Shown here: positions 9,861 through 19,010 of the stretch, one piece after another
Layout: each line of letters begins with the position of its first letter
How positions within the stretch are numbered: position 1 is the first letter of the stretch
Source: Candidatus Dormibacteria bacterium
Lineage (GTDB): Bacteria > Chloroflexota > Dormibacteria > DASZGP01
Length of the DNA: 64,000 bases
Direction: 5' to 3'
Assembly: GCA_046262455.1 (NCBI GenBank)
Contig: JBHEMS010000055.1
Location: 2,315-66,314, forward strand
Notes under the pieces: generated by a model
Databases searched by the model: none
Told to the model about the DNA's origin: nothing
What the model saw: the letters and a program-made list of their open reading frames with translations, nothing else
Translations under genes and position numbers: made by a program

Positions 9861-11150
9861 TTATGTGGACTCCCCTGGGGCCCCGGCTGGTCGTGTGGCC
9901 ACCACCCAGGCCACCGACAGCAGCATTGAACCGGTGAGGAAAACCCCGGCGCCGGCCTGGCTGGCGGGCCCGCTGCTGAAGCCGGGCCCGAGAAGGCCGA
10001 AGGCCACCAACCGAAGTGGTGCACCGATGGTCCAGATCACCAGGGTGATGCGGGTGAGGAGGTCCTGGCGCTGCGAGGCGATGAACAACGCAGGACAAGC
10101 CCCCAGCACCAGGTCGTTCAGGTGCAGGTAGGGGCTGACCGCCAGGGATGCCGCGATGGCCAGTGCCATCGGCGCGACGGTTGGACGGTCAAGGACGCCG
10201 CGCCCGGGCCGCAGCGCCACCACCAGCAGGGGGGCGAGAACAGCGGCGGTGACCAGAACCGCAGCCGTGAGGGGGAGGGCGGGCCCCAGCAGCGACGGCA
10301 GCCCGGCAAGGCCGCTCTGGGCGAACGCCGAGCTCCGGCCGCCGGGGCCGAGCGCGGCGCTGAAGGCAGTCAGGGTCATGGTCCAGTGAGCTGATGCAGC
10401 CGGTCCCTGGAGGGCGAGGCCGATGCCGGCGAGTGCGGCAGCCCCCAACCCGAAGCCGGCGGTCGCGAGCAGGGCTGTTCGGGGGGCGGAGCGACGTCCG
10501 CCCGCGGCCAAGGGAGCGCTGAGGAGAATCGCAAGCGCGAGCGGCAGCCCTACCTGGGGCTTCAGGGACAGCACCGACAGGGCCAGGCCACCGATCAGCG
10601 GTCGCCCCCTGGCAACCAGCCAGGCGGTCGCGGCGGATGCCAGCAGCAGGATTGCCGAGGGGTTTCCCACGAAGGCGTCAAGCGCCATGGGGGCCGAGGC
10701 CAGGAATGCCAGGCGCGGAAGGGCTCGCGATGGCCACTGGAGCAAATTCAGCCAGAGTTCTAGGCCTCCCACGCCCGAGGCCATCAGGATGCCAAGGCTC
10801 AACAGGTAGAAGCCGGCCTCCGGGAGCCTGGAGGCCGTGGTCAGAACCGCCGTGACCACGGGGGGGTACCCGTAAGGGGCGTGCCCGAATGGCACGGACG
10901 GTCCCCGGTTGTAGAGGTCATCCTCCATGCGGTTGAGCTGGGATACGTCGTACGGGTCCCCGCCGGACGCCGCGACGCGCCCCGCCGCGTAAAAAACCTT
11001 GGTATCCCCACCGATCTCGTGCCACCAGGCAGGGGAGAAGAGATAGGCGGTGAAGACGACGCCAAAGGTCAGGCATAGTGCGGTTCCCCGGCCGCCGACC
11101 CATCCCTGCCATCTCGTGTCCCTGTTTCCACCGGCCCGGGACGACCTCAC
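9861..11150 (-). CDS. Polytopic membrane glycosyltransferase, DUF2029/GT87-like
   Basis: Multi-TM protein with GGDTKVFYAAGRVAASGGDPYDV and HAPYGYPP motifs that parallel those of the 4224..5672 product. Confidence 0.72.
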   Translation of the reverse strand: MRSSRAGGNRDTRWQGWVGGRGTALCLTFGVVFTAYLFSPAWWHEIGGDTKVFYAAGRVAASGGDPYDVSQLNRMEDDLYNRGPSVPFGHAPYGYPPVVTAVLTTASRLPEAGFYLLSLGILMASGVGGLELWLNLLQWPSRALPRLAFLASAPMALDAFVGNPSAILLLASAATAWLVARGRPLIGGLALSVLSLKPQVGLPLALAILLSAPLAAGGRRSAPRTALLATAGFGLGAAALAGIGLALQGPAASAHWTMTLTAFSAALGPGGRSSAFAQSGLAGLPSLLGPALPLTAAVLVTAAVLAPLLVVALRPGRGVLDRPTVAPMALAIAASLAVSPYLHLNDLVLGACPALFIASQRQDLLTRITLVIWTIGAPLRLVAFGLLGPGFSSGPASQAGAGVFLTGSMLLSVAWVVATRPAGAPGEST

Positions 11151-11287
11151 CGGGCGATTGTAGAAGAGGTCCAGCTACGCTGGTTCCGAATACCCGGATG
11201 CTATAGTGACTTGGTCCTGGACGAACTCGAATTGATCACCGGGACCGAGCTCACGGTGCCGGCCAGCCGCAGGAGGCCGCTCCCCGG

Positions 11288-12088
11288 ATGTTGACCGGGG
11301 TCACGGAGATTTTGCTGACGTCACTACAGCCGGAGACCAGGCTACAGACCGAGCCCGCCGAAGCTCCCATCATCCGGTTCCAGGGCGTCAGCAAGACGTA
11401 CCCGAATGGAACCCTGGCGTTGCGGGGTGTGGACCTCAACATCGCGCGCCAGGACTTCATCTTCCTCGTGGGCCCGAGCGGCGCAGGGAAGTCCACACTC
11501 GTGCGTCTGATGATCCGTGAGGAGAAGGCGACCGTGGGCAAGATCTTCCTCGACGGGCAGGAGCTGGGGCGCCTGAAGCACCGCCACCTGCCCAGGGTGA
11601 GGCGCAAGATCGGCATCGTGTTCCAGGACTTCAAGCTGCTCCCAAAGCTCACGGTCTTCGAGAATGTCGAGTTCGCACTGCGGGTCACCCGCGGCGTCGA
11701 CCGCCTGACGCGCGCCAAGGTCGAGGAGGTCCTGAGCATCGTCGGGCTCGAGGGCACGGAGAAGAAGTTCCCGGACGAGCTGTCCGGTGGCCAGCAGCAG
11801 CGCGTGGCGATCGCGCGAGCCCTGAGCCACGACCCCAAAATATTCGTCGCCGACGAGCCGACCGGGAACCTTGACCCGGCGACCAGTTGGGAGATCCTCC
11901 AGCTGCTGCTGAAGATCAACGAGCGCGGTTCCACGGTCGTGATGGCGACGCACAACAAGGAGATCGTCGACATCCTGCGCAAGCGCGTCATCGTCATCGA
12001 TGGCGGCACCGTGGTCCGCGACGACGCGTCTGGCGGCTACAGCGGGGATGACCCAGCCCCAACGGAGGACGGCCAGGATGTGGGCTAG
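11288..12088 (+). CDS. ftsE: Cell-division ABC transporter ATP-binding protein FtsE
   Basis: IRFQGVSKTYPNG, Walker A GPSGAGKST, signature LSGGQQQRVAIARAL and Walker B IFVADEPTGNLD. AGGAGG sits 12 nt upstream of ATG 11288. The N-terminus is ~25 aa longer than typical FtsE, so the start is uncertain. Confidence 0.92.
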   Translation: MLTGVTEILLTSLQPETRLQTEPAEAPIIRFQGVSKTYPNGTLALRGVDLNIARQDFIFLVGPSGAGKSTLVRLMIREEKATVGKIFLDGQELGRLKHRHLPRVRRKIGIVFQDFKLLPKLTVFENVEFALRVTRGVDRLTRAKVEEVLSIVGLEGTEKKFPDELSGGQQQRVAIARALSHDPKIFVADEPTGNLDPATSWEILQLLLKINERGSTVVMATHNKEIVDILRKRVIVIDGGTVVRDDASGGYSGDDPAPTEDGQDVG

Positions 12089-12974
12089 CCTGTCGTTCGC
12101 GCCCCGGTCGGCGGTTCAGAATTTCTGGCGCAACAAGGGCCTCTCTGTTTTCGCGGTGTCGGTGATGTTCGTCGTCCTGCTGATGACCGGTGTTGCCCTG
12201 GTGCTCGGACATTCGTTCAACCAGACCATCGAGAGCCTGAAGTCGAAGGCGTCCACGATTTCCATCTACATCGCCGACCCGACGCCGATGGCCAACGTTG
12301 TCAACGTGGAGAACCACCTCCGGGCCGACCCCAGGGTGCGGAGCGTCACGTACGTCTCAAAGGGCAGCGCGCTGAGCAAGTACCGACAGGACCCGAACAT
12401 CCCGCCGGACATGATCAACAACCTGGAGGGCCAGAACCCTCTTCCGGCGTCCCTGGACGTCGACGTCAAGAACATCAACGACCTTGACGCCATGGCCAGC
12501 GCGGTGAACGGGCTCCCTCTTCTCGACAAGCAGGGCGCCACCAACTACCGCAAGGAGGTCATCGACAAAGTGGTCCTCTTCAGCCGCTTCGTCGGGATTG
12601 CCGGCACTGTGCTGCTGGGCGGCCTGGGGGCGGTCGCGGTTTTCATCATCATGATGTCGATCCGGACCGCGGTCTTCGTGCGCCGCAAGGAGATCGAGGT
12701 GATGAAGCTGGTGGGGGCGACCGACTGGTTCGTGCGCGGCCCATTCCTGATGGAGGGGATGCTTGCGGGCCTGTTGGCGTCCATACTGGCGGTGATCGTG
12801 GTCGCAGGTGGTTACCATCCATTCGTCGACAAGGTGCGGGGCGCCGTCCCGTTCCTGCCGCTGAGCTATGACGCGGGTTTCCTCGGGCAGCTCTGCTTGG
12901 TCATGGCCGGCGTCGGGATCTCGCTCGGCGCGCTCGGCAGTTACCTTGGTGTGAGGAGGTTCCTGCAGGCTTAG
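12078..12974 (+). CDS. ftsX: Cell-division permease-like protein FtsX
   Basis: ATG 12078 is preceded by GGAGGA and overlaps the ftsE stop. The topology is TM1, extracytoplasmic domain, then three C-terminal TMs (EIEVMKLVGATDWFVRGPFLMEG). Confidence 0.9.
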   Translation: MWASLSFAPRSAVQNFWRNKGLSVFAVSVMFVVLLMTGVALVLGHSFNQTIESLKSKASTISIYIADPTPMANVVNVENHLRADPRVRSVTYVSKGSALSKYRQDPNIPPDMINNLEGQNPLPASLDVDVKNINDLDAMASAVNGLPLLDKQGATNYRKEVIDKVVLFSRFVGIAGTVLLGGLGAVAVFIIMMSIRTAVFVRRKEIEVMKLVGATDWFVRGPFLMEGMLAGLLASILAVIVVAGGYHPFVDKVRGAVPFLPLSYDAGFLGQLCLVMAGVGISLGALGSYLGVRRFLQA

Positions 12975-12988
12975 CCGGGGACAAACAG

Positions 12989-14188
12989 ATGCGACGCCGC
13001 CTTCTCCACGTCCTTGCCGCGCTCTGTGCCGTGGGCTCCCTGCAGTCCCTGCTCCCGGTGAGCGCGGACGACCTCAGCAACGCCCAGGCCAACCAGGCCC
13101 AGCTCGGCCAGTCGATCGCCAGGGACAAGGCACGCCTGGCGGAGTTGCAGGCCCAGCAGGCGTCGGTACAGGCGCAGATGCAGGTTCTCACGTCGCTTAT
13201 CGCCAACGCCGAGCAGCACCTGGCCAACCAGAACGCCATCCTGGACGCCATCGTCGGGCAGATAGAGGACACGCAGCGCCACCTGGCGGAGACCCGTCAG
13301 CACCTTGTCGCCCGCCAGGAGATCCTCAACAAGCGCACCCGCAACCTCTACAAGACCGGGGGCGACGCGAGCTTCATGGACAGCCTCTTCACCTCTGCGA
13401 CCTTCTCGCAGCTTCTCGACCGCTTCCTCGTCATGCGTGACGTGACCCACGCCGACCAGGTCCTGGTCCAGCAGGTACAGGCGGACCGCAACACGATCGA
13501 GCAGCTGGCGGCGCAGCAGGCCAGGCAGAAGGAGTCCCAGCAGCAGGTCATCGCTGGGATCCGTGAGGAGGAAGTGGCGCTCCGCGGGCAGTACGTCCAG
13601 CAAAACGCCCTGAACGGTCAGCTGCAGGCCACCAAGCTCTCCCTGCAGCAGCGGGCCGCCGCCTCGGAGCAGGCACTCGTCGCGGTGGGCGCGCAGATCG
13701 CCGCCCTGCAGGAGGCTCGCAAGCGCGCCCATTCGTCAGGCGTGTTCGCCTGGCCCGGCGTCCAGGGCCCGATCACCCAGACCTATGGCTGCACTGACTT
13801 CGGTGGCGAGCCCTCGCCCCCGAGCGGGATCACATGCCCCTCCTCGGGTTCATGCACCCATAACTACTACCCCCGGGGGTGCTTCCACACCGGGATCGAC
13901 ATCGCGGGTCCCTACGGCGCGGAGATCACCGCCGCGGACGGGGGCATCGTGTACACGTACTCCGGCGGATCGGGCTACGGCAACCACATCATCATGATCC
14001 ACTCCAACGGGTTCTCCAGCTTGTACGGGCACCTCTCCAGCTTTGCCGTGGCCAGCGGCACCAGCGTGGCCAAGGGTCAGCGCATCGGGTACGAGGGGAG
14101 CAGCGGTTTCAGCACAGGCGCCCATCTACACTTCGAGATCCGCCTGAACAACGACTACCAAGACCCCTGCCGATACGTTGGCTGCTGA
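12989..14188 (+). CDS. M23 family metallopeptidase with N-terminal coiled coil (EnvC-like)
   Basis: Signal sequence, then a long Gln/Leu-rich coiled coil. The C-terminal LytM domain has HTGIDIAG, GNHIIMIHSNGFSSLYGHL and GAHLHFEIR. Confidence 0.9.
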   Translation: MRRRLLHVLAALCAVGSLQSLLPVSADDLSNAQANQAQLGQSIARDKARLAELQAQQASVQAQMQVLTSLIANAEQHLANQNAILDAIVGQIEDTQRHLAETRQHLVARQEILNKRTRNLYKTGGDASFMDSLFTSATFSQLLDRFLVMRDVTHADQVLVQQVQADRNTIEQLAAQQARQKESQQQVIAGIREEEVALRGQYVQQNALNGQLQATKLSLQQRAAASEQALVAVGAQIAALQEARKRAHSSGVFAWPGVQGPITQTYGCTDFGGEPSPPSGITCPSSGSCTHNYYPRGCFHTGIDIAGPYGAEITAADGGIVYTYSGGSGYGNHIIMIHSNGFSSLYGHLSSFAVASGTSVAKGQRIGYEGSSGFSTGAHLHFEIRLNNDYQDPCRYVGC

Positions 14189-15452
14189 GCCGCCGCCTGA
14201 GGGGAACAGGCAGGCGGAGTTCCGACAGCCGCGCCGGTGGCACAGGAGGCTGGCCGTCGCGCTCCTGGTTCCCGTGGCGTTCTACGCGGGCATGCTCTTC
14301 GAGTTCCATGCCGGCCCGGACCTGGACCACCTGATTGCGCCGGCCCTCTTTGCCGGGCCGATCAACAGCCTTGACCTGGGCACCCTGAACCAGGTTTTCG
14401 AGATCATGCAGACGCAGTACGCCAAAGAGGGCCTGAGTTCGACGGATGCCTTCAATGCGGCTGCCAAGGGAATGGTTCACAACCTCCTGGGGTCGCCGAA
14501 GTACAAGGACGACTTCTCCCTCTATTTCACACCTGACGAACTGCGCCAGAACCAGGAGTTCCTGGCCGGCTCGTTCGGCGGTATCGGGGCGACGATGCAG
14601 TCCAAGAACGCGGCGCTGACGGTCAGTGCGATTGTCCCGGGGTCACCGGCGGAAGCCGCCGGACTCAAGCCTGGGGACGTGGTGACACGCATCGACGGCC
14701 AGGACGCCACCGGACTGACGGTCAACGACGCGGTGCAGCGGATCCGGGGCAAGGTCGGCACCACCGTGCGCCTGTCGATTCTGCGTGCCGGCAAGGGGCT
14801 GGACATCGACATCCGGCGCGCCCAGATCAGCGTCCCCAGCGTCCGCAGCAAGGAGCTGGCGCCTGGCGTCTTCTACGTTCGCATCTATGAGTTTGGAGCG
14901 CACACGGCCGACGACTTTGACAAGCAGCTGGGTGACGCCATCAAACGGGGCGACAAGAAGGTCATCCTCGACCTGCGCCGCAACCCTGGAGGCTTCGTGT
15001 CGTCAGCCGACAGGGTCATCTCCGAGTTCGTGCGGTCGGGCGTCACGGTCACCGTTGTCGGGCGAGGCGACAAACGGGATGAACACAAGGTGAGCGGGCA
15101 GGGCGTCGGCTTCGACACCCGGGTCGAGGTGCTGGTCGACGAGAACAGCGCCAGTGCGTCCGAGATCGCGGCGGGCGCCCTCCAGGATCACCATCGCGCG
15201 ACACTGGTGGGGCACAAGACATTCGGCAAGGGGCTGGTCGAACAGGATTTCCCGCTGCGCAACGGGGGCGACCTCCACCTGACCATCGCCTACTGGTATC
15301 GCCCGTCGGGCAAGTCGATCAACCTTCTTGGCATCACGCCCGACCAGGTCGTCCCTTTGGCCAACCCGCAAGACCTCTACGAGATCGCCGAGCCCGCCGC
15401 CGACGCCACCCGGGACACCCAGCTGCAGGCCGCTCTCAAAGCTCTCAGGTAG
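14178..15452 (+). CDS. S41 carboxy-terminal processing protease (Ctp/Prc-like) with PDZ domain
   Basis: N-terminal TM and a PDZ domain (VSAIVPGSPAEAAGLKPGDVVTRIDG). S41 motifs are ILDLRRNPGG, ENSASASEI and GHKTFGKGLVQ-like. TTG 14178 overlaps the upstream stop. Confidence 0.9.
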   Translation: MAAEPPPEGNRQAEFRQPRRWHRRLAVALLVPVAFYAGMLFEFHAGPDLDHLIAPALFAGPINSLDLGTLNQVFEIMQTQYAKEGLSSTDAFNAAAKGMVHNLLGSPKYKDDFSLYFTPDELRQNQEFLAGSFGGIGATMQSKNAALTVSAIVPGSPAEAAGLKPGDVVTRIDGQDATGLTVNDAVQRIRGKVGTTVRLSILRAGKGLDIDIRRAQISVPSVRSKELAPGVFYVRIYEFGAHTADDFDKQLGDAIKRGDKKVILDLRRNPGGFVSSADRVISEFVRSGVTVTVVGRGDKRDEHKVSGQGVGFDTRVEVLVDENSASASEIAAGALQDHHRATLVGHKTFGKGLVEQDFPLRNGGDLHLTIAYWYRPSGKSINLLGITPDQVVPLANPQDLYEIAEPAADATRDTQLQAALKALR

Positions 15453-15459
15453 GGCGCGT

Positions 15460-15475
15460 GCCCGCAAGGGCGGGC
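15460..15475 (+). terminator. GC-rich hairpin after the S41 protease gene (weak terminator candidate, no U-tract)
   Basis: GCCCGC-aagg-GCGGGC lies 8 nt after the stop codon. Confidence 0.3.
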
Positions 15476-15523
15476 GAGGGCGCCGGGAATACAATGTGCG
15501 TGCCGTGAACTCCTTGCTTCGAC

Positions 15524-16921
15524 TTGGCTGACCGCTTCGACATAGTCATCCTCGGCGGGGGGATGGGGGGCTATGTCGCGGCCATCCGGGCGACCCAGCT
15601 GGGTAAATCCGTCGCCCTGGTGGAGAGGGACAAGCTCGGCGGCACCTGCCTCCACGTGGGCTGTATTCCGACCAAAGCCCTTCTGCACACCGCGGAGCTC
15701 TACCACAACGCCCAGAACGGGGCGGCAGCCGGCGTGAAGGCGACCGGGGTGGAGCTGGACTGGGCGGCCGCCAACCAGCGCAAGCAGAAGATCGTCGACC
15801 AGCTGCACAAGGGCGTCCAGTTCCTGATGAAGAAGAACAAGGTCGAAGTCATCAAGGGAACCGGCGTCTTTGAGACCTCGACCCGCATCCGCATTGACGG
15901 TGGCGAGTCGGCCCGCACCATCGAGGCGGGCAACGTGATCATCGCCACGGGGAGCTATGCCAGGAGCCTTCCGGGGGTGGAGATCGACGGCAAGCGGGTC
16001 ATCACCAGCGACCACGCGCTGGCCCTGCCGGAGGTCCCGAGGTCCGCCATCGTCATTGGGGCGGGTGCCGTGGGCGTGGAGTTCGCCTCCATGTGGAACG
16101 ATCTCGGCGCCGAGGTCACTCTGGTCGAGGCGCTGCCGCGGATCACCCCGCTTGAGGACCCTGACGTCTCCCAGGCGGTGGGACGGGCCTTCACCAAACG
16201 CGGTATCAGGGTGCTGGCTGGTGCCCGACTCGACCTCAAGTCCGTCAAGGCCTCCGGTGAGGGGGTCCAACTCCGCTACGAGAGCGAGGAGGGCGGCGCC
16301 GAACTCAGCGCCGACATCGTCCTGATGGCGGTCGGACGGGGTGCCAACGTCGAAGGCATCGGCCTGGAGAACACCGGCGTCAAGGTGGAAGGGGGATGGG
16401 TCCAGGTGGACGAGGACCTGCGCACCGACGATCCTGTGGTGTTCGCAATTGGCGACGTGGTCGGTGGCTACCTGCTGGCGCACGTCGCGTCGCACGAGGG
16501 TCTGCACGCCGTGGAGGTGATCGCGGGCGTCGCCACCGAGGCGCTGAACTACAACCAGATGCCCCGTTGCACGTACGCTCGGCCCCAGGTCGCAAGCGTC
16601 GGTCTCACCGAGGAGCAGGCGACGGAGGCCGGCGTCGACGTCAAGGTGGGCAAGTTCCCCTTCTCGGCCCTGGGCCGGGCGATGATCAATGACGACACGG
16701 ACGGTTTCGTCAAGGTCGTGGCTGACGCCTCCACCGGGGAGATCATCGGCGCCCACCTCGTGGGCCACAACGTCACCGACCTGGTTGCCGAGCCGGCCCT
16801 GGCCCAGCTCCTCGAGGGGACGGCCTGGGAGCTCGGCATCAGCGTCCACGCACATCCCACCCTCTCCGAGGCGATCGGCGAGGCCGCGCTGGCCCTCGAG
16901 GGTCGGGCGATCCACATCTGA
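15524..16921 (+). CDS. lpd: Dihydrolipoyl dehydrogenase (E3)
   Basis: FAD-binding ILGGGMGGYVAAIRA, redox-active GGTCLHVGCIPTK and a C-terminal HAHPTLSE dimerisation motif. Confidence 0.96.
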   Translation: MADRFDIVILGGGMGGYVAAIRATQLGKSVALVERDKLGGTCLHVGCIPTKALLHTAELYHNAQNGAAAGVKATGVELDWAAANQRKQKIVDQLHKGVQFLMKKNKVEVIKGTGVFETSTRIRIDGGESARTIEAGNVIIATGSYARSLPGVEIDGKRVITSDHALALPEVPRSAIVIGAGAVGVEFASMWNDLGAEVTLVEALPRITPLEDPDVSQAVGRAFTKRGIRVLAGARLDLKSVKASGEGVQLRYESEEGGAELSADIVLMAVGRGANVEGIGLENTGVKVEGGWVQVDEDLRTDDPVVFAIGDVVGGYLLAHVASHEGLHAVEVIAGVATEALNYNQMPRCTYARPQVASVGLTEEQATEAGVDVKVGKFPFSALGRAMINDDTDGFVKVVADASTGEIIGAHLVGHNVTDLVAEPALAQLLEGTAWELGISVHAHPTLSEAIGEAALALEGRAIHI

Positions 16922-16929
16922 CCACGCGG

Positions 16930-17985
16930 GTGAAGCTGGTCCAGGCCGAGCGCTCACCGGGGATCGAGGCCGCAACCCTGCGCCAGATGTACCGCGCCAT
17001 GCTCTTGGCGCGGATGGTGGACGAGCGCTGCTGGCTGCTCAATCGAGGCGGCCAGGCGCCCTTCGTGATCAGCTGTCAGGGCCAGGAGGGGGCGCAGGTC
17101 GGAAGCGTCTTCGCCCTCGACCAGGGCCAGGATTGGTTCGCACCCTACTATCGAGACCTGGCCGTGGTCCTGGCCCTCGGCGAGACGCCGGCCGACATCC
17201 TCCTCTCGGTGATGGGCAAAGCCGGGGACCCCAACTCCGGTGGCCGGCAGATGCCGAGCCACTTCGGCAATCGCCGGCTCCGCATCATCTCGCAGGGGAG
17301 TTCGGTGGGAACGCAGGCCCTGCACGCCGTCGGCACCGCTCTGGCGAGCAAGTCGCGCGGCGAGAGCGCTGTCTCCATCTGCTATGTCGGCGAGGGCGGT
17401 ACCAGCCAGGGGGACTTCCACGAGGCCCTGAACTTCGCCTCCGTGCACCGGCTGCCGGTGATCTTCTTTGTGGAGAACAACCACTACGCCATCTCGGTCC
17501 CCCAGAACCTGCAGATGGCGGTGCGCGACGTCGCGTCGCGGGCGGCGGGGTACGACATGCCGGGCGTGGTGGTGGACGGCCAGGACGTCCCTGAGGTCCA
17601 CCGCGTCACGCGGGAGGCCGCGGACCGGGGACGGGCTGGGCAGGGACCGACGCTGATCGAGGCCAAGGTGCACAGGTTCACCTCCCACTCGTCGGACGAC
17701 GACCAACGCGTATACCGCGAGCAGGCGGAGCTCGAAAGAGAGCAACGCGAGGACTGTCTGCCCCGTTTCCGCGACCATCTCTTCAGCGAGGGGGCGCTGT
17801 CGGAGGATGCCGAAAAGGCGATGCGGGGGGAGATCCGCACCGAGATCGACGTCGCCACCCAGGCCGCTGAAGCGGCGCCCTATCCTCCTGCGGATGATGC
17901 CCTGCTGCACGTGTACGGAAGCGAGCCGCCGTCACTGGAGGACCTCCGCGGCGAGCCCCGGGTGAGCTGGCGGGTGCCCGACTGA
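16930..17985 (+). CDS. 2-oxoacid dehydrogenase E1 alpha subunit (TPP-dependent; branched-chain/pyruvate type)
   Basis: MYRAMLLARMVDERCW, YVGEGGTSQGDFHEALNFA (TPP motif) and FVENNHYAIS. Confidence 0.92.
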   Translation: MKLVQAERSPGIEAATLRQMYRAMLLARMVDERCWLLNRGGQAPFVISCQGQEGAQVGSVFALDQGQDWFAPYYRDLAVVLALGETPADILLSVMGKAGDPNSGGRQMPSHFGNRRLRIISQGSSVGTQALHAVGTALASKSRGESAVSICYVGEGGTSQGDFHEALNFASVHRLPVIFFVENNHYAISVPQNLQMAVRDVASRAAGYDMPGVVVDGQDVPEVHRVTREAADRGRAGQGPTLIEAKVHRFTSHSSDDDQRVYREQAELEREQREDCLPRFRDHLFSEGALSEDAEKAMRGEIRTEIDVATQAAEAAPYPPADDALLHVYGSEPPSLEDLRGEPRVSWRVPD

Positions 17986-19010
17986 TGGCCGGGCTGGGTA
18001 CCCACAAGACCGTCGAGACGTCGGCGGGCCAGATGACCTATATCCAGGCCATTCAATCGGCGCTGCGCGACGAGATGGAGCGGGATGACGCGGTGATCGT
18101 GCTCGGCGAAGACGTCGGCGTGAAGGGAGGGGTTTTCGGCGCGACGGCCGGCCTGCAGGCCCAGTTTGGCGAGCTGCGGGTCATCGACACGCCGCTGGCG
18201 GAGTCGTCCATCGCGGGCGTCGCGATTGGGGCCGCGCTCAACGGCATGAAGCCGGTGGCCGAGATGCAGTTCGCCGATTTCATCCACCCCGCGTTCAACC
18301 AGATTGTCAGCGAGGCGGCCAAGATGCGCTACCGGACCAACAACGACTACGCCGTGCCGATGGTCATCCGGGCGCCCTTCGGCGGCGGTGTCCACGGCGC
18401 GCTCTATCACTCGCAGTCCGTGGAGGCGTTCTTCGCCCACGTTCCGGGGCTGAAGGTGGTCATCCCCTCGACCCCCTACGACGCCAAGGGCCTGCTCGTC
18501 TCGGCGATCCGCGACCCCGATCCCGTGCTGTTCTTCGAACACAAGAAGGCCTACCGCCTGGTTAAGGGAGAGGTGCCGGAGGGTGAGAACTACACCGTCC
18601 CGATCGGGCGGGCCAGGGTTGCGCGACCCGGGGAGCACATGTCTGTGTTCGCTTACGGCCTGATGGTTCACTACGCCATGACTGCTGCGGAGGAGATGGC
18701 CGCGCTCGGGCACTCCGTCGAGGTGGTCGACCTGCGCACGGTACGGCCCCTGGACCGCGAAGCGATCATCCAGTCGGTGCAGAAGACGGGCAAGGCCCTG
18801 ATCGTCTACGAGGCCAACCGGACGCTGGGGGTGGGGGCCGAGGTGGCAGCCATGATCGCCGAGGAATGCTTCGAATACCTTGACGGCCCCGTTCTGCGGC
18901 TCGGGGGTCCGGACATTCCCGCGATGCCCTTCAGCCCCCCGATGGAGGACTTCTTCATGCCCAACCCTGCGAAGATCGTCCAGGCGATGAAACAGTTGGC
19001 GGCTTACTGA
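17985..19010 (+). CDS. 2-oxoacid dehydrogenase E1 beta subunit
   Basis: MTYIQAIQSALRDEM, GEDVGVKGGVFGAT and DTPLAESSIAGVAIGAA. The start overlaps the E1 alpha stop (TGATG). Confidence 0.95.
   Translation: MAGLGTHKTVETSAGQMTYIQAIQSALRDEMERDDAVIVLGEDVGVKGGVFGATAGLQAQFGELRVIDTPLAESSIAGVAIGAALNGMKPVAEMQFADFIHPAFNQIVSEAAKMRYRTNNDYAVPMVIRAPFGGGVHGALYHSQSVEAFFAHVPGLKVVIPSTPYDAKGLLVSAIRDPDPVLFFEHKKAYRLVKGEVPEGENYTVPIGRARVARPGEHMSVFAYGLMVHYAMTAAEEMAALGHSVEVVDLRTVRPLDREAIIQSVQKTGKALIVYEANRTLGVGAEVAAMIAEECFEYLDGPVLRLGGPDIPAMPFSPPMEDFFMPNPAKIVQAMKQLAAY

Noticed and set aside
11203-11208. TATAGT upstream of ftsE and TACAAT (15490-15495) upstream of lpd, considered as -10 boxes.
   Set aside because: They are plausible TANNNT hexamers, but they lack a supporting -35 element and positional evidence. 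They are too weak to list as features without TSS data.
15377-16975. 532-aa ORF antisense to lpd, and similar long antisense or alternate-frame ORFs. Examples: 1316..2212, 2222..3277, 6659..7969, 8039..9118, 16954..17910, 17880..19028, 19004..20074, 28255..29508, 30572..31576, 40025..41536, 45170..46309, 48611..49678, 52849..53724, 54078..55007, 62688..63638.
   Set aside because: High G+C content depletes stop codons in non-coding frames. These ORFs are Arg/Pro/Gly/His-rich with no recognisable motifs. In each case the opposite or overlapping frame encodes a protein with clear conserved family signatures.
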